Source: Escherichia coli (GTDB lineage Bacteria > Pseudomonadota > Gammaproteobacteria > Enterobacterales > Enterobacteriaceae). Taken from it: a stretch of 64,000 bases of DNA. The notes below the pieces were generated by a model, which was given only the letters and a program-made list of their open reading frames with translations, was not told the DNA's origin and made no database searches. The DNA lies in the NCBI RefSeq assembly GCF_003790525.1, contig NZ_CP033635.1; one strand, written 5' to 3'. The position numbers and the translations under genes are program-made. This document shows, one piece after another, positions 1 through 11,400 of this stretch; the first letter of the stretch is position 1, and each line of letters starts with the position of its first letter.

Positions 1-53
1 TGGAAAACGGTCCTGTCATCAGGACCGTAAACAGCAATAAAGTGGATAAAAGT

Positions 54-344
54 CTATTCCATCAACTGCTTACTTAATGCCGGGTTGGCTTGAATCAAAC
101 GCATCAATTTTAGTTCGGCACTTGAAGGCTTCACGCGTCTGGATTCCCATTCCTTTACCATGGCGACTGATACGCCCAAAACCCGGGCGAAATCATCGAT
201 TTTTAACCCTGTCCCTTTTCGTAACTGCTCAATTTCGGTACAGGACGTTGTTCTGTGCGTCAGGGTAATTTTCTGCGTTTCATCTTTAAAAACAATCTGT
301 TCCAGGCTGCTCAACAGCTCATGCATTGGATCTTTATATTCCAT
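54..344 (-). CDS. yiaG: XRE-family HTH transcriptional regulator YiaG
   Basis: 96-aa ORF from the track; sequence recognised as E. coli YiaG; helix-turn-helix-like stretch DFARVLGVSVAMVKEW. Confidence 0.9.
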   Translation of the reverse strand: MEYKDPMHELLSSLEQIVFKDETQKITLTHRTTSCTEIEQLRKGTGLKIDDFARVLGVSVAMVKEWESRRVKPSSAELKLMRLIQANPALSKQLME

Positions 345-777
345 TGAAAACTCCTCAAATCACACTGCGGGATCGTGAATTGCATCGAAGCTCATTAAGA
401 ATAGTCGGGAAAAACAGACACAGCGGGGTGTAGTCAGGGCATGCTCTGGCTATGATTCGATTCAGCCAGTCATTTAGCGTGACTTATAGCCACCTAACGA
501 TCTGATAAATGCCGATATATCTCTTACCACTCCCGGTTTGTAAAGATTTCGAAAATCTAACGTTCTGAGAAGGCGTAAATCTCTGGCTACAAAAAAAGCA
601 ACGGCACTATCATTTTTTAACAATGAAACAACAAATTAACCTTGTTTCATTTTCTCCATGATTTTACCAGGAAGATTACGTAGAAAGGGTATCCTGCAAG
701 CCTGTCCTGGACTATCCTTGTCACGTCAGACACGCGTGTGTCGTTGTGCGCTTTTTTTGGGTGAAAGGAGTAAGAAA

Positions 778-1488
778 ATGGCGACAGGAAAGTCCTGCTC
801 TCGCTGGTTTGCGCCTCTTGCGGCGTTATTAATGGTAGTTAGCCTGAGTGGGTGTTTTGATAAAGAAGGCGATCAGCGTAAAGCGTTTATCGACTTCCTG
901 CAGAATACAGTGATGCGTAGCGGTGAACGTCTACCAACCCTGACTGCCGATCAGAAAAAACAGTTTGGTCCTTTTGTCTCTGATTACGCGATTCTGTATG
1001 GTTATTCTCAGCAGGTGAATCAGGCGATGGATTCCGGTCTGCGCCCGGTTGTAGACAGCGTTAACGCAATTCGCGTACCGCAGGATTACGTTACGCAAAG
1101 CGGCCCACTGCGTGAAATGAACGGTTCTCTGGGTGTGCTGGCGCAACAGCTGCAAAATGCGAAGTTGCAGGCCGATGCTGCACACTCTGCGCTAAAACAG
1201 AGCGATGACCTGAAACCGGTTTTCGATCAGGCATTCACCAAAGTGGTAACGACGCCAGCTGATGCATTGCAACCGTTGATTCCGGCGGCACAAACTTTCA
1301 CGCAACAACTGGTGATGGTTGGAGACTACATTGCTCAGCAAGGTACTCAGGTGAGCTTTGTCGCAAATGGCATCCAGTTCCCGACGTCACAGCAGGCAAG
1401 TGAATATAACAAACTGATTGCGCCATTACCGGCACAGCATCAGGCGTTTAATCAGGCCTGGACTACAGCAGTTACTGCAACCCAATAA
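778..1488 (+). CDS. yiaF: lipoprotein YiaF (DUF3053 family)
   Basis: Track ORF 658-1488 trimmed to ATG at 778 (MATGKSC...), preceded by AAAGGAG RBS; lipobox LSGC; 236 aa as in K-12 YiaF. Confidence 0.88.
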   Translation: MATGKSCSRWFAPLAALLMVVSLSGCFDKEGDQRKAFIDFLQNTVMRSGERLPTLTADQKKQFGPFVSDYAILYGYSQQVNQAMDSGLRPVVDSVNAIRVPQDYVTQSGPLREMNGSLGVLAQQLQNAKLQADAAHSALKQSDDLKPVFDQAFTKVVTTPADALQPLIPAAQTFTQQLVMVGDYIAQQGTQVSFVANGIQFPTSQQASEYNKLIAPLPAQHQAFNQAWTTAVTATQ

Positions 1489-1496
1489 AGAGTAAA

Positions 1497-1520
1497 AGCC
1501 CGAGCGATTATCGGGCTTTA
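1497..1520. terminator. hairpin between convergent yiaF and ghrB (putative bidirectional terminator)
   Basis: inverted repeat AGCCCGA / TCGGGCT with 7-nt loop followed by TTT. Confidence 0.4.
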
Positions 1521-1537
1521 CTCCACGCAGTCGCGGC

Positions 1538-2512
1538 TTAGTCCGCGACGTGCGGATTCACACAGTTCTTCTCAACCTTTCCTTGTAACGCATCAATCAA
1601 ATTATCCACGGCACAGGCGGCCATGCCATAACGCGTCTCATGGGTGGCAGATCCAATATGCGGTACTGCGACGACGTTGGCCATTGAGAGCAACGGCGAA
1701 TCTACAGACAGTGGCTCTTGTTCGAAGACATCCAGCCCGGCGGCGTGAATTTCCCCTTTCTGCAATGCAGCAATCAGTGCATTTTCATCAACCACCGGGC
1801 CACGTCCGGCATTAATGAAAATAGCGGAGGATTTCATTTTGGCGAATTGTTCTGCGCCAAACAGATGATGCGTTTCATCAGTTAACGGCAGGATCAGGCA
1901 AACGAAATCTGACTCTTGTAACAGTGTATCCAAATCGCAGTAGCGGGCGTTGAAGCGTTCTTCTGCTTCTTTATGGTGGCGACGTGCGTTATAGAGGATG
2001 GGCATGTTGAAGCCAAATTGCGCACGTTGTGCCAGCGCCATGCCGATCCGTCCCATCCCGACAATGCCCAGTGTTTTATGGTGAACGTCAGTGCCGTACC
2101 AGTCCGGGCCTATGCTCGCGGTCCATTCGCCTGCTTTTACCCGTTCTGCTACCTCCACAACCCGACGAGCGGTAGACAACACCAGCGCCATCAGCGTATC
2201 GGCGACGGTTTCTGTTAATACGGTTGGTGTGTGCATCAGCAGAATTTTTCGGGCGGTAAGCGCATCGACATCAAAATTGTCATAGCCGACGGAGATCGTT
2301 GATGTGGCACGCAGTTTCGGCATTTTTTCCAGCAATGCGGCATCAACATTCTCATTTGAACCCAGCAAGCCTTCAGCTTCGGCAAAAATTGCTGCATTTT
2401 GTTCGACGGTTTGTGGGCTGAGGTTTGCCACCTGGTGAACGGTGAAATGTTCTTGCAGGCGTTGCAGTAAATCATCAGGTAAGGCTTTGTAGAGGATAAC
2501 GGACGGCTTCAT
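1538..2512 (-). CDS. ghrB: glyoxylate/hydroxypyruvate reductase B (2-ketoaldonate reductase)
   Basis: Track ORF 1538-2524 trimmed to [14 protein letters not shown] start (324 aa); D-isomer 2-hydroxyacid dehydrogenase family, NAD-binding GxGxxG (GIVGMGRIG). Confidence 0.93.
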   Translation of the reverse strand: MKPSVILYKALPDDLLQRLQEHFTVHQVANLSPQTVEQNAAIFAEAEGLLGSNENVDAALLEKMPKLRATSTISVGYDNFDVDALTARKILLMHTPTVLTETVADTLMALVLSTARRVVEVAERVKAGEWTASIGPDWYGTDVHHKTLGIVGMGRIGMALAQRAQFGFNMPILYNARRHHKEAEERFNARYCDLDTLLQESDFVCLILPLTDETHHLFGAEQFAKMKSSAIFINAGRGPVVDENALIAALQKGEIHAAGLDVFEQEPLSVDSPLLSMANVVAVPHIGSATHETRYGMAACAVDNLIDALQGKVEKNCVNPHVAD

Positions 2513-2615
2513 GCTTCTCTCCATTCACTGATAAGGCGATCACCTTAGCCTGAAATATGATGAAGGAAAACTGAAGAATGCCAGGTGATTTCTGTATCAC
2601 CTGACATGAAAGGGA

Positions 2616-3275
2616 TTACAGTGGGCTTAAGGTAATTTCTACACGGCGGTTTTGCGCCTTACCTTCTGCGGTGCTGTTGCTGGCGATTGGGTTAGCCGGG
2701 CCAAGGCCTTGAGTACGGATGCGGCTGGCGTCCACGCCCTGGGTGATCAACGCGCTGGCAACGGAATCCGCACGCTGCTGGGAGAGACGCATGTTCAGGT
2801 CGTGCCCCCCCGTGCTGTCGGTATAACCAATCACGTTAACCGCCGTTTTCGGATACTCTTTCAGTACCATTGCCACGCCGGTCAGGGTGTTAGCGCCCGC
2901 CGGTTTCAGGGTTGCGCTGCTGCTGTCGAAGGTCACATTGTTCGGCATATTGAGGATAATGTTATCCCCGCTGCGGGTTACGCTAACACCAGTGCCGCGC
3001 ATTTTGTCACGCAGCTTCGCTTCCTGCACATCCATGTAATAACCAACGCCGCCGCCCAGAGCTGCGCCTGCTGCTGCGCCAATGAGCGCGCCTTTACCGC
3101 GATCTTTCTTCGAAGAAGAGAGCGCACCAATACCCGCGCCAACGAGAGAGCCCAGACCTGCGCCGATAGCAGATTTACCTGCTTCGCGTTCGCCGGTGTA
3201 AGGGTTAGTTGTACAGCCAGATACCGCCAGAGCGCCACTCACTACGGCGGCAATAAGATAAACACGTTTCTTCAT
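2616..3275 (-). CDS. yiaD: OmpA-family outer membrane lipoprotein YiaD
   Basis: 219-aa ORF; lipobox AVSGC; C-terminal OmpA-like peptidoglycan-binding region; matches YiaD. Confidence 0.92.
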   Translation of the reverse strand: MKKRVYLIAAVVSGALAVSGCTTNPYTGEREAGKSAIGAGLGSLVGAGIGALSSSKKDRGKGALIGAAAGAALGGGVGYYMDVQEAKLRDKMRGTGVSVTRSGDNIILNMPNNVTFDSSSATLKPAGANTLTGVAMVLKEYPKTAVNVIGYTDSTGGHDLNMRLSQQRADSVASALITQGVDASRIRTQGLGPANPIASNSTAEGKAQNRRVEITLSPL

Positions 3276-3427
3276 TGTTAATCCTTAATAACCTTTTTAT
3301 TCTTTGCCACGGGTTCCGTGGCGGGAGATTATGCCGCGTGAACATGAAGATTATTCCTGGGAATACTCGGAAATTTGTAAGTAATATTTAACTGCTCAAT
3401 ACATCTAACCTTTCAGGAGTCTTCGGT

Positions 3428-5761
3428 TTGGCCAACTCATCCTCACGATATTCCGTTCTGACTGCCGCCCACTGGGGGCCTATGCTGGTTGAAACCGACG
3501 GCGAAACCGTGTTTAGCTCGCGTGGCGCGTTAGCCACAGGAATGGAAAACTCCTTGCAGAGCGCGGTTCGCGACCAGGTTCACAGCAATACGCGGGTGCG
3601 ATTTCCAATGGTGCGCAAAGGCTTTCTTGCGTCACCGGAAAATCCGCAAGGCATTCGTGGGCAGGATGAATTTGTTCGCGTGAGTTGGGATGAGGCGCTG
3701 GAGCTTATTCACCATCAACATAAACGCATTCGTGAGGCTTATGGTCCGGCATCGATTTTTGCGGGTTCCTACGGCTGGCGTTCAAACGGCGTGCTGCATA
3801 AGGCCTCGACATTATTACAACGCTATATGGCGCTGGCAGGCGGTTATACTGGGCATCTGGGGGATTATTCGACCGGCGCGGCACAGGCGATCATGCCGTA
3901 TGTCGTGGGGGGCAGCGAAGTTTATCAACAGCAAACCAGTTGGCCGCTGGTGCTGGAACATAGCGATGTCGTGGTGCTGTGGAGTGCTAACCCACTCAAT
4001 ACGCTGAAAATTGCGTGGAATGCATCCGATGAGCAGGGGCTTTCTTACTTTTCCGCACTGCGTGACAGCGGGAAAAAGCTGATCTGCATTGATCCAATGC
4101 GATCGGAAACCGTCGATTTCTTTGGCGATAAAATGGAATGGGTGGCACCGCACATGGGCACCGATGTTGCGCTGATGCTGGGGATCGCCTATACGCTGGT
4201 GGAAAATGGTTGGCACGACGAAGCGTTTCTGGCGCGTTGCACCACAGGTTATGCCGTCTTCGCCTCTTATTTGCTGGGCGAGAGTGACGGAATAGCGAAA
4301 AACGCCGAATGGGCGGCAGAGATTTGTGGTGTTGGCGCAGCGAAAATCCGCGAGCTGGCGGCTCTTTTCCACCAAAATACCACCATGCTGATGGCTGGCT
4401 GGGGAATGCAACGTCAACAGTTTGGCGAGCAAAAGCACTGGATGATCGTCACGCTGGCGGCAATGTTGGGGCAAATCGGCACACCCGGCGGCGGTTTTGG
4501 TCTTTCTTACCATTTTGCCAATGGTGGTAACCCCACGCGCCGCGCTGCGGTGCTCTCTTCCATGCAGGGTAGCTTGCCTGGCGGCACCGATGCGGTGGAT
4601 AAAATCCCTGTTGCCCGCATTGTTGAAGCACTGGAAAACCCCGGTGGCGCATATCAACATAACGGTATGGACCGACATTTCCCGGATATTCGTTTTATCT
4701 GGTGGGCGGGCGGTGCCAACTTTACTCATCATCAGGATACCAATCGCCTGATCCGTGCCTGGCAAAAACCGGAGCTGGTGGTGATCTCTGAATGCTTCTG
4801 GACGGCTGCGGCGAAACACGCGGATATCGTTCTGCCTGCGACCACTTCGTTTGAGCGTAATGATCTCACCATGACCGGCGATTACAGTAATCAGCATCTG
4901 GTGCCGATGAAGCAAGTGGTGCCTCCACGTTATGAAGCGCGTAATGATTTTGATGTCTTTGCCGAGTTGAGTGAACGTTGGGAGAAGGGCGGCTATGCGC
5001 GGTTTACGGAAGGAAAAAGTGAGCTGCAATGGCTGGAAACGTTTTATAACGTTGCCCGGCAGCGCGGGGCAAGCCAGCAGGTTGAATTGCCGCCATTTGC
5101 TGAGTTCTGGGAAGCCAACCAGTTAATTGAGATGCCGGAAAACCCGGACAGCGAGCGGTTTATTCGCTTCGCCGATTTTCGCCGCGATCCGCAGGCGCAT
5201 CCATTAAAAACCGCCAGCGGTAAGATTGAAATCTTCTCGCAGCGTATTGCCGATTACGCTTATCCGGATTGCCCTGGGCATCCAATGTGGCTGGAGCCGG
5301 ACGAATGGCAGGGCAATGCCGAACCGGAACAGTTGCAGGTACTTTCTGCTCATCCGGCACATCGTCTGCACAGCCAGCTGAATTACAGTTCTCTGCGCGA
5401 ATTGTACGCGGTGGCAAATCGTGAGCCTGTCACCATTCATCCTGACGATGCCCAGGCGCGCGGCATACAAGATGGCGATATTGTTCGGTTGTGGAACGCA
5501 CGCGGGCAAATTCTTGCCGGAGCGGTCATTAGCGAGGGAATTAAACCTGGCGTGATTTGCATTCATGAAGGGGCATGGCCGGATCTGGATTTAACCGCTG
5601 ACGGTATTTGTAAAAACGGCGCGGTGAACGTTCTGACCAAAGATCTCCGCAGCTCGCGGCTGGGGAATGGCTGTGCGGGTAATACGGCGCTGGCATGGCT
5701 GGAAAAATACAACGGTCCGGAACTGACACTTACAGCGTTTGAACCACCGGCCAGCTCATAA
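3428..5761 (+). CDS. bisC: biotin sulfoxide reductase (molybdopterin oxidoreductase)
   Basis: 777-aa ORF beginning at TTG ([11 protein letters not shown]...), recognised as BisC; DMSO-reductase-family molybdoenzyme. Confidence 0.93.
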   Translation: MANSSSRYSVLTAAHWGPMLVETDGETVFSSRGALATGMENSLQSAVRDQVHSNTRVRFPMVRKGFLASPENPQGIRGQDEFVRVSWDEALELIHHQHKRIREAYGPASIFAGSYGWRSNGVLHKASTLLQRYMALAGGYTGHLGDYSTGAAQAIMPYVVGGSEVYQQQTSWPLVLEHSDVVVLWSANPLNTLKIAWNASDEQGLSYFSALRDSGKKLICIDPMRSETVDFFGDKMEWVAPHMGTDVALMLGIAYTLVENGWHDEAFLARCTTGYAVFASYLLGESDGIAKNAEWAAEICGVGAAKIRELAALFHQNTTMLMAGWGMQRQQFGEQKHWMIVTLAAMLGQIGTPGGGFGLSYHFANGGNPTRRAAVLSSMQGSLPGGTDAVDKIPVARIVEALENPGGAYQHNGMDRHFPDIRFIWWAGGANFTHHQDTNRLIRAWQKPELVVISECFWTAAAKHADIVLPATTSFERNDLTMTGDYSNQHLVPMKQVVPPRYEARNDFDVFAELSERWEKGGYARFTEGKSELQWLETFYNVARQRGASQQVELPPFAEFWEANQLIEMPENPDSERFIRFADFRRDPQAHPLKTASGKIEIFSQRIADYAYPDCPGHPMWLEPDEWQGNAEPEQLQVLSAHPAHRLHSQLNYSSLRELYAVANREPVTIHPDDAQARGIQDGDIVRLWNARGQILAGAVISEGIKPGVICIHEGAWPDLDLTADGICKNGAVNVLTKDLRSSRLGNGCAGNTALAWLEKYNGPELTLTAFEPPASS

Positions 5762-6170
5762 TCCAGGTGGGTAGTTGGGTTTCATCTTGCCATGCGCAGT
5801 CGACAATGTGAAAACCCTGCGCATGGTAAAAATCTATCGCCGGTTGATTTTTTTGATAAACCTCCAGCATCAGATGGGGATGGCGCTGCTGCACATACTG
5901 CATTAGCGCCTTACCAATACCGCGTCTGACGGCCTTCGGTGCGACAAACATTGCAGCCAGAAACCGGCCTTCCATAATGCTGACAAAACCGAGAAGCTTA
6001 CCGTCTTCTTCCCAGACCCAGTTTTGCGCGTTGGCAAGATAGGCATCCCGCACCAGCGGAATGCAATCACGCCAGTAATTCGCTTTTATAAAGGGATGCC
6101 CCCAGGTTGTACTTTCCAGCCACAGTTCGAGGATCGCGGGGAGTTCTGAACGTTGCGCTTCCCGAATCAT
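5730..6170 (-). CDS. yiaC: GNAT family N-acetyltransferase YiaC
   Basis: 146-aa ORF; GNAT acetyl-CoA-binding motif (RRGIGKALM); 3' end overlaps bisC 3' end convergently. Confidence 0.92.
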   Translation of the reverse strand: MIREAQRSELPAILELWLESTTWGHPFIKANYWRDCIPLVRDAYLANAQNWVWEEDGKLLGFVSIMEGRFLAAMFVAPKAVRRGIGKALMQYVQQRHPHLMLEVYQKNQPAIDFYHAQGFHIVDCAWQDETQLPTWIMSWPVVQTL

Positions 6171-6730
6171 GGTTTATTTCCCGGATAGCAACAGCAGCCA
6201 ACCACATGATCATTCACCAGCCCACATGCCTGCATAAAGGAGTAACAGATTGTGGTACCAACAAACTTAAAACCACGCTTTTTCAGGGCTTTAGATAGAG
6301 CGTCGGAGGCGGGCGTAGATGTAGGGATTTCGCTCAACGTTGTGGCTTGTGTCACCTGTGGTTGATGATTGACAAACGACCAGACAAAGTCGGCAAACGG
6401 TTCGCCGTTCTGTTCCATTTGCAGGTACGCCCGCGCATTACCAATAATTGCCTGAATTTTCCCGCGATGGCGGATAATCCCGGCGTCCTGTACCAGTCTT
6501 TCGACATCCTCTTCCTGCATTGCTGCCACCTTCACCGGATCGAACTGATGAAAGCTGGCGCGATAGTTTTCGCGTTTTTTGAGGACGGTGATCCACGATA
6601 ATCCAGCCTGCTGCCCTTCCAGGCAGATCATTTCGAACAGTTTTTTACTGTCAGTTTCAGGCACGCCCCATTCATTATCATGGTAGGCAATATAAAGCGG
6701 ATCCTGACTCACCCAGCCGCAACGTTCCAT
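6167..6730 (-). CDS. tag: DNA-3-methyladenine glycosylase I
   Basis: Track ORF 6167-6967 (266 aa) trimmed to MERCGWVSQDPLY start at 6730, giving 187 aa as in Tag; 4-bp overlap with yiaC start. Confidence 0.92.
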   Translation of the reverse strand: MERCGWVSQDPLYIAYHDNEWGVPETDSKKLFEMICLEGQQAGLSWITVLKKRENYRASFHQFDPVKVAAMQEEDVERLVQDAGIIRHRGKIQAIIGNARAYLQMEQNGEPFADFVWSFVNHQPQVTQATTLSEIPTSTPASDALSKALKKRGFKFVGTTICYSFMQACGLVNDHVVGCCCYPGNKP

Positions 6731-6881
6731 ACTTTCCCTCGCTATGTACCCGATCGTAAAAATTTCAGCCGCTTTTCTTGACGCATCGGTGAAAAAGTCA
6801 ATATTTAATACAGGGCTACTATGCCCGATATCCTTCATACAATGACAATAATATTGCCGAATTCGGCTCTTCCCTGGAGTC

Positions 6882-7586
6882 GTGTTAATGATCATAAAAA
6901 AAAGCGGTGGTCGCTGGCAGCTAAGCCTGCTGGTGAGCGTGGTAATCAGTGCCTTTTTTCTCAACACAGCTTACGCCTGGCAACAAGAATATATCGTTGA
7001 TACGCAACCCGGACATTCCACAGAGCGTTACACCTGGGATAGCGATCATCAACCTGATTACAACGATATTTTGTCGCAACGTATTCAAAGTAGCCAAAGG
7101 GCGCTGGGACTGGAAGTCAATCTGGCGGAAGAAACCCCTGTGGATGTCACCAGTAGTATGAGTATGGGGTGGAATTTTCCTTTATATCAACAGGTTACAA
7201 CCGGTCCGGTCGCGGCATTACATTACGATGGCACAACCACCTCGATGTATAACGAGTTTGGCGACAGTACTACCACGCTGACCGATCCGTTATGGCATGC
7301 CAGCGTGAGTACTTTAGGCTGGCGTGTTGACTCCCGGCTTGGCGATCTCCGACCCTGGGCGCAAATCAGCTATAACCAGCAATTTGGCGAGAATATCTGG
7401 AAGGCGCAATCAGGCCTGAGCCGGATGACGGCGACAAACCAGAACGGCAACTGGCTGGATGTCACCGTAGGCGCTGATATGTTGCTCAATCAAAATATTG
7501 CTGCCTATGCGGCGCTATCTCAGGCAGAAAATACCACTAACAATAGCGACTATCTGTATACGATGGGGGTTAGTGCCAGATTTTAA
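6882..7586 (+). CDS. yhjY: YhjY, autotransporter beta-barrel-like outer membrane protein without recognisable passenger domain
   Basis: 234-aa ORF; N-terminal signal peptide; C-terminus ends in aromatic F (…GVSARF), typical of outer-membrane beta-barrels. Confidence 0.85.
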   Translation: MLMIIKKSGGRWQLSLLVSVVISAFFLNTAYAWQQEYIVDTQPGHSTERYTWDSDHQPDYNDILSQRIQSSQRALGLEVNLAEETPVDVTSSMSMGWNFPLYQQVTTGPVAALHYDGTTTSMYNEFGDSTTTLTDPLWHASVSTLGWRVDSRLGDLRPWAQISYNQQFGENIWKAQSGLSRMTATNQNGNWLDVTVGADMLLNQNIAAYAALSQAENTTNNSDYLYTMGVSARF

Positions 7587-7814
7587 CGTTATAGATACAA
7601 TTGAAACCCATAAATAACAACTAATGTGGCGATAGTGGGGACTAACTTACTAAATAATAAATTTGGCGAATAATTGTCGAGTCATTCATTCCTGAACTAA
7701 TGCATTTCATTCCGTTCTGATGGCATTTCATGCCGTTTTTCCCCAGGCATAAAGCGCACTTCGTTATGGTTGTCAGCAGAGATTTTTCCTTTTTATTACT
7801 GCAGGAATACTGCC

Positions 7815-9023
7815 ATGACACCTTCAAATTATCAGCGTACTCGCTGGCTGACACTCATCGGTACTATCATTACCCAGTTTGCTCTGGGGTCGGTTTATAC
7901 CTGGAGTCTGTTTAACGGTGCGCTTTCTGCCAAGCTGGGGGCTCCTGTAAGCCAGGTTGCTTTCTCTTTCGGCTTGTTAAGTCTGGGGCTGGCAATTTCA
8001 TCTTCTGTTGCGGGCAAATTGCAGGAACGTTTTGGTGTTAAACGCGTCACTATGGCTTCCGGCATTTTGCTGGGATTAGGTTTCTTCCTGACAGCACATT
8101 CCAACAACCTGATGATGCTGTGGTTAAGCGCCGGTGTGTTGGTTGGTCTGGCGGATGGTGCGGGTTACCTGTTGACGCTCTCTAACTGCGTGAAGTGGTT
8201 TCCGGAGCGTAAGGGACTTATCTCTGCTTTTGCTATCGGTTCTTATGGTCTGGGCAGCCTGGGTTTTAAATTTATCGACACGCACCTGCTCGAAACGGTG
8301 GGTCTGGAAAAAACCTTTGTTATTTGGGGCGCGATTGTACTGGTGATGATTGTCTTTGGCGCAACGTTAATGAAAGATGCGCCGAAGCAGGAAGTGAAAA
8401 CCAGCAATGGTGTGGTGGAGAAGGACTACACCCTGGCAGAGTCGATGCGTAAACCGCAGTACTGGATGTTAGCGGTTATGTTCCTGACTGCGTGCATGAG
8501 TGGTCTGTATGTGATTGGTGTAGCGAAAGATATCGCTCAAAGTCTGGCGCATCTTGATGCAATTTCCGCAGCCAATGCTGTGACGGTTATTTCCATCGCC
8601 AACCTTTCTGGTCGTCTGGTGCTGGGCATTCTGTCTGACAAAATCGCCCGTATCCGTGTTATCACCATTGGTCAGGTGATATCGCTGGTGGGTATGGCGG
8701 CCCTGCTGTTTGCACCATTGAATGCAGTGACGTTCTTTGCAGCGATTGCCTGCGTGGCGTTTAACTTTGGCGGCACTATCACGGTGTTCCCGTCACTGGT
8801 CAGTGAGTTCTTCGGCCTCAATAACCTGGCGAAAAACTACGGTGTGATTTATCTCGGTTTCGGTATCGGCAGCATTTGTGGGTCGATTATCGCCTCACTG
8901 TTTGGCGGCTTCTATGTGACTTTCTACGTCATTTTTGCCCTGCTGATTCTGTCTCTGGCGCTTTCAACGACCATTCGCCAGCCAGAGCAGAAAGTATTGC
9001 GTGAAGCGCATGGCTCCCTTTAA
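7815..9023 (+). CDS. yhjX: MFS transporter YhjX (oxalate/formate antiporter-like, pyruvate-inducible)
   Basis: Track ORF 7770-9023 trimmed to MTPSNYQRTRW start (402 aa); multiple TM helices. Confidence 0.92.
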   Translation: MTPSNYQRTRWLTLIGTIITQFALGSVYTWSLFNGALSAKLGAPVSQVAFSFGLLSLGLAISSSVAGKLQERFGVKRVTMASGILLGLGFFLTAHSNNLMMLWLSAGVLVGLADGAGYLLTLSNCVKWFPERKGLISAFAIGSYGLGSLGFKFIDTHLLETVGLEKTFVIWGAIVLVMIVFGATLMKDAPKQEVKTSNGVVEKDYTLAESMRKPQYWMLAVMFLTACMSGLYVIGVAKDIAQSLAHLDAISAANAVTVISIANLSGRLVLGILSDKIARIRVITIGQVISLVGMAALLFAPLNAVTFFAAIACVAFNFGGTITVFPSLVSEFFGLNNLAKNYGVIYLGFGIGSICGSIIASLFGGFYVTFYVIFALLILSLALSTTIRQPEQKVLREAHGSL

Positions 9024-9107
9024 TCATCTGCCGCGAGCTACTGGGCTTTAACCTTAGTGTGAATCAAACGCATCAACGCAATGTATAAACAATGACGCGT
9101 AAAATTT

Positions 9108-9130
9108 GGGCCAGTTAACTGGCCCTTTTT
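9108..9130 (+). terminator. rho-independent terminator downstream of yhjX
   Basis: perfect palindrome GGGCCAGTT/AACTGGCCC followed by TTTTT. Confidence 0.6.
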
Positions 9131-9346
9131 ACTGCTTTTTGTAACGCTAAAGTCTCTTTTCAAACTTGCATTTTTGTAAATTTGTGCTTCATGCACACTC
9201 TTTCCCCACACTTTTTCCCTTTGCTGTGGTCTACTTATTCGCGCGTGTAGATTTTACTTATCTGACTACCTCCGCACTTTTCCCCTGCCGGGCCTGAAAA
9301 GCCGCTAAGCAGGGTGTTATCACCTGTTTGTCCAGGGTTTGTTTGC

Positions 9347-11038
9347 ATGAGATACATCAAATCGATTACACAGCAGAAGCTGAGCTTTTTGCTTGCAATC
9401 TATATTGGCCTTTTTATGAATGGCGCGGTTTTTTACCGCCGCTTCGGCAGCTATGCGCACGATTTTACCGTCTGGAAAGGTATTTCTGCTGTTGTTGAAC
9501 TGGCCGCCACCGTACTGGTGACCTTCTTTTTACTGCGTCTTCTTTCGCTGTTTGGCCGCCGCAGCTGGCGTATTCTGGCATCGCTGGTGGTGCTCTTTTC
9601 CGCAGGTGCCAGCTATTACATGACCTTCCTTAATGTAGTCATTGGTTATGGCATCATCGCATCCGTCATGACCACCGATATCGACCTGTCAAAAGAAGTT
9701 GTTGGTCTGAACTTTATTCTCTGGTTAATCGCCGTAAGCGCGTTGCCTCTTATCCTTATCTGGAATAACCGCTGTCGTTACACCTTGCTCCGACAACTGC
9801 GAACCCCAGGGCAGCGTATTCGCAGCCTGGCGGTCGTCGTACTGGCAGGTATTATGGTTTGGGCACCGATTCGTTTGCTGGATATCCAGCAGAAGAAAGT
9901 GGAGAGGGCGACAGGTGTTGATTTGCCGAGTTATGGCGGCGTCGTCGCGAACTCTTATCTGCCATCAAACTGGCTTTCGGCATTAGGTCTTTATGCCTGG
10001 GCGCGGGTCGATGAATCTTCCGATAACAATTCTCTCCTTAACCCTGCGAAGAAGTTTACGTACCAGGCTCCACAAAACGTTGATGATACATATGTCGTTT
10101 TCATTATTGGTGAAACCACGCGCTGGGATCATATGGGCATTTTCGGCTATGAACGCAATACCACACCGAAACTGGCTCAGGAGAAAAATCTGGCGGCGTT
10201 CCGTGGTTACTCCTGTGATACTGCAACCAAACTCTCACTGCGTTGCATGTTTGTACGTCAGGGTGGAGCAGAAGATAATCCGCAGCGCACATTAAAAGAA
10301 CAGAATATTTTCGCGGTGCTGAAGCAGTTAGGATTCACTTCTGATCTCTACGCTATGCAAAGCGAAATGTGGTTCTACAGCAATACGATGGCGGACAACA
10401 TTGCTTATCGTGAGCAGATTGGTGCGGAGCCACGTAACCGTGGCAAACCGGTAGATGATATGTTGCTGGTAGACGAAATGCAGCAGTCGCTGGGGCGCAA
10501 CCCGGATGGTAAGCATCTGATCATTCTGCATACCAAAGGCTCACACTTTAACTACACCCAGCGTTACCCGCGCAGCTTTGCGCAGTGGAAGCCGGAATGT
10601 ATTGGTGTTGATAGCGGCTGTACCAAAGCGCAGATGATCAACTCATACGACAACTCGGTGACCTATGTGGATCACTTTATTTCCAGCGTGATTGATCAGG
10701 TTCGCGATAAGAAAGCGATTGTGTTCTATGCAGCTGACCACGGTGAGTCAATTAATGAACGCGAGCACCTGCACGGCACGCCGCGTGAACTGGCACCGCC
10801 GGAACAGTTCCGTGTGCCGATGATGGTCTGGATGTCGGATAAATATCTGGAAAATCCGGTCAATGCGCAGGCATTTGCGCAGCTGAAAAAAGAAGCCGAC
10901 ATGAAAGTGCCACGCCGTCATGTAGAGCTGTACGACACCATCATGGGGTGTCTTGGCTATACTTCACCGGATGGTGGAATTAACGAAAACAACAACTGGT
11001 GCCACATCCCGCAGGCAAAAGAGGCAGCGGCTAACTAA
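9347..11038 (+). CDS. eptB: Kdo2-lipid A phosphoethanolamine transferase
   Basis: Track ORF 9314-11038 trimmed to [10 protein letters not shown] start (563 aa); N-terminal TM helices plus sulfatase-type domain. Confidence 0.93.
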   Translation: MRYIKSITQQKLSFLLAIYIGLFMNGAVFYRRFGSYAHDFTVWKGISAVVELAATVLVTFFLLRLLSLFGRRSWRILASLVVLFSAGASYYMTFLNVVIGYGIIASVMTTDIDLSKEVVGLNFILWLIAVSALPLILIWNNRCRYTLLRQLRTPGQRIRSLAVVVLAGIMVWAPIRLLDIQQKKVERATGVDLPSYGGVVANSYLPSNWLSALGLYAWARVDESSDNNSLLNPAKKFTYQAPQNVDDTYVVFIIGETTRWDHMGIFGYERNTTPKLAQEKNLAAFRGYSCDTATKLSLRCMFVRQGGAEDNPQRTLKEQNIFAVLKQLGFTSDLYAMQSEMWFYSNTMADNIAYREQIGAEPRNRGKPVDDMLLVDEMQQSLGRNPDGKHLIILHTKGSHFNYTQRYPRSFAQWKPECIGVDSGCTKAQMINSYDNSVTYVDHFISSVIDQVRDKKAIVFYAADHGESINEREHLHGTPRELAPPEQFRVPMMVWMSDKYLENPVNAQAFAQLKKEADMKVPRRHVELYDTIMGCLGYTSPDGGINENNNWCHIPQAKEAAAN

Positions 11039-11088
11039 GAAGCCTGCTGACTTTCTCGCCGATCAAAAGGCATTTTGCTATTAAGGGA

Positions 11089-11117
11089 TTGACGAGGGCG
11101 TATCTGCGCAGTAAGAT
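11089..11117 (+). promoter_or_regulatory. sigma70 promoter of proK
   Basis: TTGACG (-35), 17-bp spacer, TAAGAT (-10), about 12 bp upstream of the mature tRNA 5' end. Confidence 0.6.
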
Positions 11118-11129
11118 GCGCCCCGCATT

Positions 11130-11206
<77 letters not shown>

Positions 11207-11213
11207 AATTCGA

Positions 11214-11241
11214 AAAGCCTGCTCAACGAGCAGGCTTTTTT
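11214..11241 (+). terminator. rho-independent terminator of proK
   Basis: stem AAAGCCTGCTC / GAGCAGGCTTT followed by T-run. Confidence 0.7.
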
Positions 11242-11289
11242 GCATCTGTAGCTCATGAGGAAGAGAACCCCCGGGGGCGGGGAGGTTCG

Positions 11290-11400
11290 ATTCGACGTAG
11301 GCCTGATAAGACGCGCCAGCGTCGCATCAGGCAAATGTACCGGCCCATTGTCGGATGCGGCGCGACCGCCTTATCCGATCTACACACCACACATTTCCCT
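11290..11400. repeat. REP/BIME-type extragenic palindromes
   Basis: GCCTGATAAGACGCGCCAGCGTCGCATCAGGC and TGTCGGATGCGGCGCGACCGCCTTATCCGATCTAC resemble the REP consensus. Confidence 0.6.

Noticed and set aside
3815-5029. 404-aa ORF on the minus strand inside bisC
   Set aside because: Lies entirely antisense to the well-supported bisC coding sequence; no recognisable motifs; Arg/His-rich composition typical of antisense frames in GC-rich coding DNA.
6167-6967. Extended N-termini in the ORF track for tag (266 aa), kdgK (425 aa), yhjC (323 aa), gadA (487 aa), bcsA (888 aa), bcsB (808 aa), yhjV (444 aa), yhjX (417 aa), eptB (574 aa) and others
   Set aside because: The track reports the longest ORF; starts were reassigned to internal Met codons that match the known protein N-termini and, where checked, have RBS support. 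The extensions overlap upstream genes or intergenic regulatory DNA.
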